NCBI GenBank assembly: GCA_963675295.2
Contig: CAXXKJ010000002.1
Coordinates: 2,080,001 to 2,144,000, forward strand
Reading direction: 5' to 3'
DNA: 64,000 nucleotides
Source: a bacterium
Lineage (GTDB): Bacteria; Electryoneota; Electryoneia; Electryoneales; Electryoneaceae
Below, one piece after another: positions 46,821 to 56,265 of this stretch (position 1 is the first letter of the stretch; every line of letters starts with the position of its first letter). Under the pieces are notes generated by a model. That model was not told where the DNA came from. It worked only from the letters and a program-made list of their open reading frames with translations, and did no database searches. Made by a program: the position numbers and the translations under genes.

Positions 46821-46889
46821 GGGGACACTTTCTCCGAAAGTGTCCCCGCTTGGGTTGCTCATTTTACCACGGACTAAAGTCCGTGGTAA
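46821..46889. repeat. GGGGACAC hairpin (46821-46847) and REP-like palindrome copy 3 (46864-46889)
   Basis: GGGGACACTTT-CTCCG-AAAGTGTCCCC; TTACCACGGACT-AA-AGTCCGTGGTAA. Confidence 0.8.
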
Positions 46890-46896
46890 GTAGTTT

Positions 46897-46966
46897 GCTC
46901 ACAGCTCACAGCTCACAGCTCACAGCTCACAGCTCACAGCTCACCACTCACCACTCACCACTCACA
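46897..46966 (+). repeat. heptamer array RCTCACM x10
   Basis: gctcaca x6, gctcacc, actcacc x2, actcaca. Confidence 0.9.
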
Positions 46967-46973
46967 ACTGCCG

Positions 46974-49607
46974 TCAATGTCCCATGCCGCCCATGCCACC
47001 CATTCCTGGCGGCATGCCTTTCGGCATCTGCATCTCGCCCTCCGGCATGCCGTACACCGTGACAACGCCGTCCGGCTGGCTGAACAGGTCGAACGCGGCC
47101 TGCTTGACATCCTCGAGCGTGACCGTGCCAAGCTGATCGTACAGCAGCCATGTCTGGTTCGGCTCGTTGTACATCACCGCATCGGTGCCCAGCGCCATCG
47201 CGAGGTTGATCCGGCTGGAGTAGCGGCGCAGCATCGACCCGCGCATGTCGTTCCGGGCGATCTCGAGCCGGTCGGCATCAAAGTCACCGTTGGCGACGGC
47301 AGCCAGATGCTCATACACTGCGGTCCGGGCTTCCTCGAGGTGTTCTTCCGGCAGCGCGACACGGCTGATCCATGCACCCCAGCCATCCCGCATCAGCAGG
47401 CTCGAGCCGGCGCCGTACGCCCAGCCCTTCTTTTCGCCGAGGTCACGGTAGATCCGGTCGGAAACCATCACGTTCGCCAGCAGCGCGGCCGCATGACGGT
47501 CGAGCGGCAACTGTTCGAGCAGGAATCCAGTCGCGAGATAGCCCTGCTGTCCGGTGGCGCGGACGGTGTCCACTCCGGGCGACGCCATCGGTGGTTCGCT
47601 CAGCGGTAGCATCGTCGAGGTGCTCGGCAGGCCACGGAACGCCGCCTCGCTGACTTCCACGATCTGCGCTGCCGGGGCCGGGGCAATTACGCTCAGCACC
47701 AGGTTGCCGGTCGCGAACACTTCCTTGCGGAATGCGCGCAGCTCCTTCGCGTCGATATCGGTCAACGATGTCGAGTCGCCGTAGATCGGGGCACGGCGGA
47801 CATTGTCACCGTACAGCAGATCGTTGAACCGCGATACCGTTTCCGAACGCACGCCGCCGCCTTCTCGTTCGCTGATGCTCAGCTGTTCCTGCGCGGCGGT
47901 GGCGATGTCCTCGTCGGTGAAGGACGCATCGCCCAGCCGTTCCGCGAGGAATTCCACCGCCTCGGCCCAGTTTTCTGAGATCACCTGGATCCGGATGAAC
48001 GAGTACTCCGGCACGGTGCGGTAATTGTCCATCGGAACACGCGGATCGTCGACAACGTCCATCTCCATCCCGATTTCGGACATCCGGTCGTCCAGCGCGT
48101 CCGCATTTTCACCGGACAGCAGCAGCCGGTGCAGCAGGTCGACCCAACCGCGCTTCTCATCGTTTTCCCATGACGACCGTCCCGCGACGGCGAGGTGAAT
48201 CCCGGCGACCGGGGCGCCGTCCAGTTCCCGCGCGACGACACGCATCCCATTCGCGAGTTGCTGATCCTCGATCGGACCGATGCTCATGCTGCCGGAATCG
48301 GTTTCCTCTTCGTCAGGGAGGTAGGCGGTCGCGATCCAGATCGGATTCTCGAACCAGAACCGGTAGGCTGTGTCCAGGTCCTCGGCGGTCAGGTTATCGC
48401 GTGCTTCTTCGAACCCGTCCCAGAATCCCCACGGCGCGACGGCCAGCTTCGGCACCAGCAGGAACGATCCGTATTGCACCTGTTCGGCGAAGAACAGTTC
48501 GCTGCGGCGTTCGTCACGCAGCGCTTCACGGATCTTCGTCATCGTCATCTCGCCCGGCACCAGCGCACGCACAGCCGCCAGCATCTGGTCGGTCACCACC
48601 TGCGGGTCAGTGCCCGGCATCAGACCGGCGTTGATGTTGAGCACGCTGAAGTCCGGATCGTGGTCGATGGACGAGTAGACATATGTGACCAGCGGCATCC
48701 CACCGCCCTGCAGGCGTTCGGTCAATTCGTCGTCCAGCAGCAGCGTCAGCGCGGAATACGCCGGCATGTCGATCGCGTCATGCCGTGGCGCGCTGAGCGT
48801 CATCGCAATCGATCCGCTGCGGCTCGCGCCGTAGCTGATGTGCAGCTGGTTGCGCCGCCAGTCGTCCAGTCCGACCGGCCACGCTTCCGTCCGTTGCGGC
48901 AAATCTTTTGGCACCAGGTCGCCATAAATCTGCTCGGCCAGGGTTTCCATCTCGGCGAAGCTGAGGTCGCCACGCAGCACCAGCGTCATGTTGTTGACGA
49001 CATACCAGTCGTCATGAAACTGCTGCACCGATTCCGCCGGGATCGCGTTGATGCCCTCGACGGTGCCGATGGTCGAGAAACCATAGCTGGACGGGGAATA
49101 CGTGTTGCGCAGGTGAATGTCCTCGGCACGGGTGGACGAGCGTTCCTGCCCCTGCTTGATCTCGTTGATCACCCGGCCCTTCTCAATCACCAGCGTGTCT
49201 GGATCGATCACCGAGTTGAGGATCATGTCCGCCTGGATGTCCATCGCGTCGAGCGCGTGTTCGACCGGTGTGACGAGGATGAAGTTGGTGTACGTTTTCG
49301 AGGTCTGGGCGTTATAGTACGCGCCCATGCGGTCGAACGAATCGTAGATCTCGTCCTGGCTGCGGTTGGTCGTGCCCCGGAAAATCATATGCTCGAGCAA
49401 GTGTGTCGCGCCGGCGGTGGCCAATGTTTCGTTGCCGGACCCGGCACGCACGATCAGCAGGCTGGAGAGCAGGGGGGTGCTGCCATCGGGCATCATCACC
49501 AGGTCGAGACCGTTCGGCAGCGTCATGCTGCGCACCGGTTGCTCGGCGAAACTGGCGGATGCAACCATCAGGATGGCGAGCGCGAGGAGCAGCGTTCGCT
49601 TGATCAT
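46974..49607 (-). CDS. secreted M16 (pitrilysin-like) zinc peptidase
   Basis: Signal peptide, GATHLLEHMIFRGT (HxxEH), degenerate second half. Confidence 0.88.
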   Translation of the reverse strand: MIKRTLLLALAILMVASASFAEQPVRSMTLPNGLDLVMMPDGSTPLLSSLLIVRAGSGNETLATAGATHLLEHMIFRGTTNRSQDEIYDSFDRMGAYYNAQTSKTYTNFILVTPVEHALDAMDIQADMILNSVIDPDTLVIEKGRVINEIKQGQERSSTRAEDIHLRNTYSPSSYGFSTIGTVEGINAIPAESVQQFHDDWYVVNNMTLVLRGDLSFAEMETLAEQIYGDLVPKDLPQRTEAWPVGLDDWRRNQLHISYGASRSGSIAMTLSAPRHDAIDMPAYSALTLLLDDELTERLQGGGMPLVTYVYSSIDHDPDFSVLNINAGLMPGTDPQVVTDQMLAAVRALVPGEMTMTKIREALRDERRSELFFAEQVQYGSFLLVPKLAVAPWGFWDGFEEARDNLTAEDLDTAYRFWFENPIWIATAYLPDEEETDSGSMSIGPIEDQQLANGMRVVARELDGAPVAGIHLAVAGRSSWENDEKRGWVDLLHRLLLSGENADALDDRMSEIGMEMDVVDDPRVPMDNYRTVPEYSFIRIQVISENWAEAVEFLAERLGDASFTDEDIATAAQEQLSISEREGGGVRSETVSRFNDLLYGDNVRRAPIYGDSTSLTDIDAKELRAFRKEVFATGNLVLSVIAPAPAAQIVEVSEAAFRGLPSTSTMLPLSEPPMASPGVDTVRATGQQGYLATGFLLEQLPLDRHAAALLANVMVSDRIYRDLGEKKGWAYGAGSSLLMRDGWGAWISRVALPEEHLEEARTAVYEHLAAVANGDFDADRLEIARNDMRGSMLRRYSSRINLAMALGTDAVMYNEPNQTWLLYDQLGTVTLEDVKQAAFDLFSQPDGVVTVYGMPEGEMQMPKGMPPGMGGMGGMGH

Positions 49608-50674
49608 CGTCGGGCTCCTTGTATCGTGTCAGGGTCGTGGATACGGAATCCAGATCCCGGATGAGTGGACTCGGTGACGTTATACTGGGATTTGAACCGG
49701 TTGACCTGATCCTGCGACCCGAGCACCAGCATCCGATCGTGGTCGTGGATTTTCTCATTGCCATCGGGCTGAACAATCAGGGTGCCATCATCGTGGAAGA
49801 TGGCCATAATCCCGAGGCCGCCGGTAACCTTACGGAAATCCAGCTCCTTCAGCGTCTTTCCGTCAAACTTGGAATGTTCCGGCACATCGAGCTGCACCAG
49901 CATCAGATCATCGCCAAACATACGGCTGAAGATGTCGATGAAATCAACAATTCCCGGCTTCACCATCAACGCCGAGATCCGGCGTCCGCTGATCTGGAAC
50001 GGCAGCTCGACCCGGTCCGCCCCCGCGCGGCGCAGTTTCGCCCGGCTGTGGGTGTCAATCCCACGCGCGACGATGTGCAACTCCGGGTTCAACTCACGGG
50101 CGGAGATGGTAACCATCACGTTCGCCGCGTCACCAGTCAGCGCCGCGATCAGGCCATACGCCTGCGAAATGTTCGCCTCTTCCAGGATGTCGTCGCTGGA
50201 TGCGTCCCCCTCGATGACGAGATGACCGTCCTCACGCGCCTGCATGGCGTGCGCCGGTTCCATCTCAATGACGCAGAACTCGCGTTTCAGCCGCTTCAGC
50301 TCATCTGCGATTTCACGTCCCAGTTTGCCGTACCCAGCGAGGATGATGTGGTTCTTCATGGATCGGATCTTCCTGTACATCCGCCGGTTGCGGATTCCCG
50401 CCACCACTTCGCCGGAGACGAAGTAGCTGGTGATGTTGGTCAGAGCATAACCGCCGACGGTGATCGACGCGATGATCAGGCCGATGGTGAGGAACCGCCC
50501 GCCCTGGGTCAGCTCACCCACCTCGCCGAAGCCGACTGTGCTGATGGTGATGAAGGTCATGTACAACGAATCAGGCAGGGTCCAGCCCTCGATCAGGGCA
50601 TAACCGACCGTGCCCGCCCCGATCACGACCAGAATGGAGATGAAACTGAGGGTGATGCGATGTTTGAGGTTCAT
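49604..50674 (-). CDS. potassium channel with TrkA-N/TrkA-C (RCK) domains
   Basis: TISTVGFGE filter, GYGKLG, GDAS, RRAGAD. Confidence 0.9.
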   Translation of the reverse strand: MNLKHRITLSFISILVVIGAGTVGYALIEGWTLPDSLYMTFITISTVGFGEVGELTQGGRFLTIGLIIASITVGGYALTNITSYFVSGEVVAGIRNRRMYRKIRSMKNHIILAGYGKLGREIADELKRLKREFCVIEMEPAHAMQAREDGHLVIEGDASSDDILEEANISQAYGLIAALTGDAANVMVTISARELNPELHIVARGIDTHSRAKLRRAGADRVELPFQISGRRISALMVKPGIVDFIDIFSRMFGDDLMLVQLDVPEHSKFDGKTLKELDFRKVTGGLGIMAIFHDDGTLIVQPDGNEKIHDHDRMLVLGSQDQVNRFKSQYNVTESTHPGSGFRIHDPDTIQGARR

Positions 50675-50788
50675 GCGCGTCTTGGCTTAGACCATGGATT
50701 CCGCCCCTGCCGGAAGATAAGACGGAGAAAGGCGTGGTGGGGTTGGTTTGACAGGGTTTGCCCCTGCTCGGGATGGGGATGGTGGTCG

Positions 50789-50844
50789 TCGGAGATCGAT
50801 AATCGGTGGTCGGTACTCGGTGAGTGGTAATCGGTGATCGGAAG
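50789..50844 (+). repeat. degenerate heptamer array TCGGTNN, about 8 units
   Basis: tcggaga tcgataa tcggtgg tcggtac tcggtga gtggtaa tcggtga tcggaag. Confidence 0.75.
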
Positions 50845-50863
50845 GTGATACATGGTGTAAGGG

Positions 50864-51026
50864 TGTCATTCTGATTGGAACGAAGTGGAATGAAGAATCT
50901 GGCAGGATATTACGGAAACACGTATGAGATGCGTCATTCTGAACGGAACGAAGAGAAGTGAAGAAGGTCCAGCTTCGATAACGGTCAAATAAGCCCGATC
51001 TTCTTCACTTCGTTCAGAATGACACC
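50864..51026. repeat. GTCATTCTGA...GAAG REP-like elements, two direct and one inverted
   Basis: gtcattctgattggaacgaagtggaatgaagaatct; gtcattctgaacggaacgaagagaagtgaagaa; ttcttcacttcgttcagaatgac. Confidence 0.75.
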
Positions 51027-51052
51027 TCAGCCTATTGCCCATAGCCAATAGC

Positions 51053-52966
51053 CTACAGCCCCAGCAATTCCATCATCTTCTCACGCACCGCCTTCGATGC
51101 CACCCGTCCGCGCACGATGTCCATCGCGTGACCCATCGCCATCGCGAACACATTCTCCGGCAACCGTGGCTGTTCACCCTGCGCAAGGTCGATGGCTTCT
51201 TTTACCACGGCGGTCAGCTCGACGTCATCAACCGGCGTCCACTCGAGGAGTTCGAGCATCTCATCCAACGACAGTTGCGGGTGATCCACCCAATGCTGCA
51301 GCAGGTCGAAAAGGCCTTCACGGTACACACGTCCCGCGCCCAGTGCCCGCACGAGATCCTCGAGCTGTTCCAGCGACAAAGCTTCCACCGGATACTCACG
51401 CCGTTGCAATGCGGTCATCATGCGGCCGAGCAGTTCGCCCGAACGCATCGGTTCGACAGCCTGCTCAGCAACCAGCTTGTCGTGCAGCGACGCGTACGCC
51501 GTGATCGGCAGCAGGTCAACGATATCCTCCGGCAGGTTCTGCTCGCGGTACATCTCCTCGCGAACCCACGGCGCGACCGGTACCTTCGCCTTCGCCGCCT
51601 CGACACGTTCCGGCGCAATCTCATGCGGCGGGCTGTCGGTGTCCGGATACATCCGGTCCGGGCCGGGGAGGACGCGTTCGAAATCGTTCCAGTTGTTGCG
51701 TAACGCCTGCCGGGTTTCGTTCGGCACGCCCGCAATCGCCTGCGCGTAACGGTCGATGATCTCGTTGGTCGCGGTCAGCGTGTCTTCCTCAGGACCCCAG
51801 ACCACCACCGCGACATCGTCCGCGCCGGCGTCCGTCAGCTTCTCAAGCAGGGCGGTGTCGGCTTCATCCAGCCCGCCGGTGGGGCCGTCAGTGTGTAACA
51901 GGTTCGGCAGCATGTCGAGGCAGGCGACGACACGCACCTGGCCGGAGATGTCGTCCGCGAACCGGCGACCGTGCAAAGGCCAGCTGAGGACGCCTTTCGC
52001 ATTCGGGAACAAAACCACGCGCACCGAATCCCGCACCTGCACCGCGGCGGCGAGATCGGGGTTGTTGAAGCGGAGGCCGTCCAGGTCGAGTTCGACGACC
52101 CGGCCCGGCTTCTCGCCCGGGGTGAATCCGCGTTTCTGCAGCTCTTCGCTTAACGCAACCAGCCCGCGCTGACGATGGGCTTCGTAATCGGTGAGTTCGG
52201 CGATGCGGCTGATCGCCGGCACGCCCTTGATCTCGACACGGGTGGTGCCTTCGATCGAGACGTTCACGTCCTGCCGTCCCGCGCCAGCGCCACGCCGCAC
52301 CATCTGCGTCGCCCGCAGCATTCGCGCGATCCGCATCGCGGCTTCCTGCGCCTCTTCCGGTGTTTCCATCTGCTTCTCAGTGACCACCTCGATCAGCGGC
52401 ATTGAAAGACGATCGGCCATGAAAACAATACGGTGCCCATTGTCCGAGACTTCGCGGCAGGAATCTTCTTCCAGCCCGAGCTGGATCACGTGGATCATCT
52501 TGCCGTTGGAGAGCGGAAACTCGCCGTCCACACCGACAATCGCGGTGCGTTGGAACCCGCCGGGGATGGACCCGTCGAGGTACTGCTTGCGGATGATGTG
52601 CAGCTCGCCGACGATCTTGCAGTTGAATGCCTGCGCGATGGTCAACGCGATGTCGATCGCCTCTTCGTTGATCAGGAACGGCGGGGTGTCGTCCATCTCA
52701 TACGTGCAGACCGTTTCCCGGTTGAGACGGTAGATGATCTCTTTCTTCGTCTTGAATTCCATCAGCGCGGTGCCATCGTACTCACCGAGTTCGCTGAGGG
52801 TCGGGCGCATGTGACGCAATACTTCGGCGTCGTAATGATCCGAGTACTTCCCCGCCGGGCAATGGCAGAACAGTTTCTTTTCCGTCAGGATCTGGTGATG
52901 AATTTCCAATCCGCACCGGAACCCGTGCTGCTTCCAGTCGGTCTGATTGCCCGAATTACCGTTCAT
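51053..52966 (-). CDS. gatE: Glu-tRNA(Gln) amidotransferase subunit E (archaeal type)
   Basis: GLEIHHQ..KKLFC, RKQYLDGSIPGGFQRT, LEEDSCR, RQDVNVSI..RVEIKGV, GVPNETR, RVLPGPDRMYPDTD; SD AAGGAG. Confidence 0.9.
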   Translation of the reverse strand: MNGNSGNQTDWKQHGFRCGLEIHHQILTEKKLFCHCPAGKYSDHYDAEVLRHMRPTLSELGEYDGTALMEFKTKKEIIYRLNRETVCTYEMDDTPPFLINEEAIDIALTIAQAFNCKIVGELHIIRKQYLDGSIPGGFQRTAIVGVDGEFPLSNGKMIHVIQLGLEEDSCREVSDNGHRIVFMADRLSMPLIEVVTEKQMETPEEAQEAAMRIARMLRATQMVRRGAGAGRQDVNVSIEGTTRVEIKGVPAISRIAELTDYEAHRQRGLVALSEELQKRGFTPGEKPGRVVELDLDGLRFNNPDLAAAVQVRDSVRVVLFPNAKGVLSWPLHGRRFADDISGQVRVVACLDMLPNLLHTDGPTGGLDEADTALLEKLTDAGADDVAVVVWGPEEDTLTATNEIIDRYAQAIAGVPNETRQALRNNWNDFERVLPGPDRMYPDTDSPPHEIAPERVEAAKAKVPVAPWVREEMYREQNLPEDIVDLLPITAYASLHDKLVAEQAVEPMRSGELLGRMMTALQRREYPVEALSLEQLEDLVRALGAGRVYREGLFDLLQHWVDHPQLSLDEMLELLEWTPVDDVELTAVVKEAIDLAQGEQPRLPENVFAMAMGHAMDIVRGRVASKAVREKMMELLGL

Positions 52967-53218
52967 GCCGCCCACTCCTTGATCTCCCAAACCCGGCGCG
53001 CGGTTGTGCGCCGGCTGAGTCCGCCAAAACGTTGAAGTATAGTGCCCTTGGCGAATTCCCGCAACGATAACCTCGCGAGTCCGGGGCGGCGTCAGCGCGA
53101 GTCGGTGTGGGTGAGGGTTGGACTTGCTCACTTCGCCTGACCGCGCTACTTTGGCTCGGCGCGGGAGTGAAAAGGGGAACGCTTTCTCAATGAAGGATTT
53201 CTCAGTATCGGAACTGCC

Positions 53219-54241
53219 ATGATACCACGGACCTCAGCAACACGTATTCTGACCACTCTGCTGGTTCTCTCGCTTCTTGCCACCGGTTGCGGTTCGACCG
53301 GCGACAGCGGCCAGCCCCGTGAATTTACCATCGCGATGACCGGGTATTTGATGGGGCAGGTAGGGCCGTGCAAATGCCCCGGCAATCCGCTCGGTGGGTT
53401 CGCCCGCCGTGTCGCGGTGATGGAACGCGATCTCGACACGAAAGATGACGTGCTCAAAGTGGACACCGGCAAGTGGGTGTCGTTGGATCCGGATCGCGGT
53501 GTTGCCGATTCCCGGATCACCGCTGCCGTGCTGGCGGAACTGGGCACGGACGCGGTTAACATCACCATGCGCGACGCCCGTCTCGGCCGTGATCTGCTCA
53601 AGGATCTGCAGAAAGACTACAAGCTGCCATTTTTGTCGGCGAACCTGATCGACATGAATTCAGAGAAGACGATCTTCCCGGCGACGAAGCGGGTGACCTT
53701 GAAGTTCGCGGACGGCGGGTCGATGGACGTCGGCATCGTCGGTGTTTGCCGCGCCGGGACGAACAACTACATGCCGCCGGAGTCCGGGCTGGCGTTCGCG
53801 GATCCCGGTCCGGCATTGCTGGAAGCCTACCGGGAGGTTATGGACGCGCCGTGCGTGGTGCTGCTGACCGATGCCGACCGTGGTATCACCGCGGACTGGC
53901 TGGCGATGCTGGAGCAGGAAACCGGGTCGCGGCCGTCTGTGATCCTGTCCAGCAACTTGCACCCGACACGGTCCGCGCGGATTCTGATTGGCCAGACACC
54001 GATGACGACCACTGGCCGCCAGGGCAAGTACACCGACATCGTCACCATGGTACCGTTGGGTGAGGACGGTTGGGACGCGCAGAAGTCTGGCGTCGCGCTG
54101 AACTCGGAATCGCCGGAGGATGCGAAGACGATCGAGCTGATCGACAAGATCCTCGCGGACTACCCGGAGCTGGAAAACACGTCGTCAGCGCAGGAGGATG
54201 ACGACGATTTCGACGAGTACAAGGACCGGATCACACACTGA
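53219..54241 (+). CDS. lipoprotein with a degenerate 5'-nucleotidase/UshA-like metallophosphoesterase domain
   Basis: Lipobox LATGC; GPCKCPGNPLGGFARR, VDTG, LPFLSANL, VGIVGV. Confidence 0.7.
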   Translation: MIPRTSATRILTTLLVLSLLATGCGSTGDSGQPREFTIAMTGYLMGQVGPCKCPGNPLGGFARRVAVMERDLDTKDDVLKVDTGKWVSLDPDRGVADSRITAAVLAELGTDAVNITMRDARLGRDLLKDLQKDYKLPFLSANLIDMNSEKTIFPATKRVTLKFADGGSMDVGIVGVCRAGTNNYMPPESGLAFADPGPALLEAYREVMDAPCVVLLTDADRGITADWLAMLEQETGSRPSVILSSNLHPTRSARILIGQTPMTTTGRQGKYTDIVTMVPLGEDGWDAQKSGVALNSESPEDAKTIELIDKILADYPELENTSSAQEDDDDFDEYKDRITH

Positions 54242-54248
54242 GGAGCGG

Positions 54249-54686
54249 ATGAGCGAGCGGAAGCAGGCGGTTGATGCCATGCCCGAGGAAGTGATGAATT
54301 TGGTGCGTTCGGCCCGGCGTGCACGCCGGAACGCGGTGGTCCCCTTGACTCACCACGCGTTCGGCGCGGCGTTGGAAGATGACGAAGGCCGGATCTGGCT
54401 CGGTTGCAACATCGAGTCGCAGTTTCCCGGTCACGGGATGACTGCCGAACGTGTAGCGTTGTACGCTGCCCTCGCTCAGGGAGCTCGTGGATTCACCCGG
54501 ATCGCCATCGTCGGTGCGGCGGGCGACATCATGCCGCGGCCGTGCGGTGCCTCGCTGCAGGCGTTGAGCGAACAGGTCCGTGACCTCGACATCATCCTCT
54601 TCAATCCGGACCAGAGTGAGTGGGCGATGTACCGGCTCAGCGAACTGCTGCCGTCGCCGGAATCCCTGTCACAGGTGGACGACTGA
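54249..54686 (+). CDS. cdd: cytidine deaminase-like protein with degenerate zinc ligands
   Basis: FGAAL..GCNIES..TAERVAL..PCGASLQ..ELLP. Confidence 0.75.
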   Translation: MSERKQAVDAMPEEVMNLVRSARRARRNAVVPLTHHAFGAALEDDEGRIWLGCNIESQFPGHGMTAERVALYAALAQGARGFTRIAIVGAAGDIMPRPCGASLQALSEQVRDLDIILFNPDQSEWAMYRLSELLPSPESLSQVDD

Positions 54687-54687
54687 G

Positions 54688-55326
54688 ATGAAACCGATCG
54701 CGCTTGTCGGGATTGCGGGCGGAACCTGCAGCGGCAAAAGCCTCGTCGCCAGACGTCTCACCGAAGAGGTGGGGGAGGAGTTCGTCCTCCGCATCAACCA
54801 GGACAGCTACTACCGCGACCTGCGCGACCTGTCGCTGGAACAGCGTGCGCGAATCAACTTCGACCATCCGGACTCATTCGCGATGGAGGAAATGGTCCAG
54901 GCGGTCGACAAACTGCTCGCCGGCAAGACGATCTACGAACCGGTCTACAACTACGCCGAACATATCCGCGAAGAGGAACCGGTCAAGCGCACGCCGCGTC
55001 CGATCATCATTGTCGAGGGCATTCTCGTGCTCGATGACGCCGAACTACGCAAACGGATGGACTACAAGGTGTTCGTCGATGAGGACGCCGACATCCGTCT
55101 CGCCCGGCGCATCCGGCGGGATGAAGTCGAACGCGGACGCAGCGCGCAGTCGATCCTGCTGCAGTACGAGGAGTCGGTGCGTCCGATGCACCTGCAGTTC
55201 GTGGAATCCAGTAAACGATACGCGGACATCATTGTTCCCGGCGGTGGTGAGAATGCGGCAGCTGTCGAGATGCTCGCCAACCATTTACACGCGCTCGTCG
55301 AGCGCCGCAGCAAGAAAACCAGGTGA
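54688..55326 (+). CDS. udk: uridine kinase
   Basis: GIAGGTCSGKS, QDSYY, NFDHPD, IIVEGIL, RRIRRD. Confidence 0.95.
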   Translation: MKPIALVGIAGGTCSGKSLVARRLTEEVGEEFVLRINQDSYYRDLRDLSLEQRARINFDHPDSFAMEEMVQAVDKLLAGKTIYEPVYNYAEHIREEEPVKRTPRPIIIVEGILVLDDAELRKRMDYKVFVDEDADIRLARRIRRDEVERGRSAQSILLQYEESVRPMHLQFVESSKRYADIIVPGGGENAAAVEMLANHLHALVERRSKKTR

Positions 55327-55940
55327 ACGACACCATGCTGAATGTGGTCCCGAAGGGTACGGGCTGGCTGGAAGTGATCTGTGGCTGCATGTTTTCCGGG
55401 AAGACGGAAGAGTTGATCCGTCGTCTCCGGCGTGCCCGAATCGCGAGATTGGATGTCGTCATCTTCAAACCGGGCATTGACGAACGCTACGAAGTGGACG
55501 ATATCGTCAGCCACAGCGAACAGCGGTTGGAATCGATCCGGGTCGAGTCCGCGCGGGAGATCGAGGAACGGGCGGGAAACGCGCAGGTTGTCGGCATCGA
55601 CGAAGCCCAGTTTATCAGCGGCGATCTGGTTGGTGTCGTGAGACGGCTGGCCAACCGTGGCAAACGGGTCATCATTTCCGGTCTCGATACCGACTATCGC
55701 GGCGTACCGTTCGAACCGATGCCGGCGTTGATCTGCGAGGCGGAAGTAGTGACCAAGCTGCTCGCGGTCTGCCACCGTTGCGGCGCACCGGCACATCGCA
55801 CGCAGCGTATCCGTGGCGGACGCGACCGTGTCCAGGTCGGTGGCCAGGGCGAGTACGAAGCCCGCTGCCGAACCTGTTTCGAGCCACCCGATGACAGCGG
55901 TGAACTCGTCGGCCAGGGCCGGTTGTTCAATGGTGATTGA
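55323..55940 (+). CDS. tdk: thymidine kinase
   Basis: GCMFSGKTEEL, IDEAQF, GLDTDYRG.PF, CHRC..YEARCRTC. Confidence 0.96.
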   Translation: MNDTMLNVVPKGTGWLEVICGCMFSGKTEELIRRLRRARIARLDVVIFKPGIDERYEVDDIVSHSEQRLESIRVESAREIEERAGNAQVVGIDEAQFISGDLVGVVRRLANRGKRVIISGLDTDYRGVPFEPMPALICEAEVVTKLLAVCHRCGAPAHRTQRIRGGRDRVQVGGQGEYEARCRTCFEPPDDSGELVGQGRLFNGD

Positions 55941-55960
55941 TGGTGCTGTGAAGTCAGGGG

Positions 55961-55986
55961 TGTCATCCTGAACGAAGTGAAGGATA
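55961..55986 (+). repeat. GTCAT-type REP-like element
   Basis: tgtcatcctgaacgaagtgaaggata; a degenerate copy lies at 57597-57620. Confidence 0.65.
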
Positions 55987-56050
55987 TGATGTGGCGTTGT
56001 GACCGAAGGTGGTGAACGGGCAATGGTATTCGGTTGGTGGTTGAAGCAGT

Positions 56051-56240
56051 GCAGTGGTCAGTGATCAGTAGTCAGTGCTCAGAAGTCAGTGGTCAGTTGT
56101 CAGCACTCAGTTGTCAGTAACTCACAACTCATCACTCACCACTCACGACCGCTGATTACCGACCACCGACCACCGACCACCGAGTACCTATAACCGGCCA
56201 TCCGCCACCGAGAGACGAAAGACCAGAGACGAGAGACGGC
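56051..56240. repeat. compound heptamer array (TCAGNNN ~x10, CTCANNA x4, CCGANNA x4, GAGAGAC-type x4)
   Basis: Period-7 units read directly between tdk and nupC. Confidence 0.85.
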
Positions 56241-56265
56241 AAACCTGCGGTTTGCCAAACCGGGA

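Noticed and set aside
52967-53131. N-terminal extension of gatE in the ORF track, and similar extensions on rplY, selB, degP and lplA
   Set aside because: Downstream starts have SD sequences or coincide with where family similarity begins; the extensions look non-coding.
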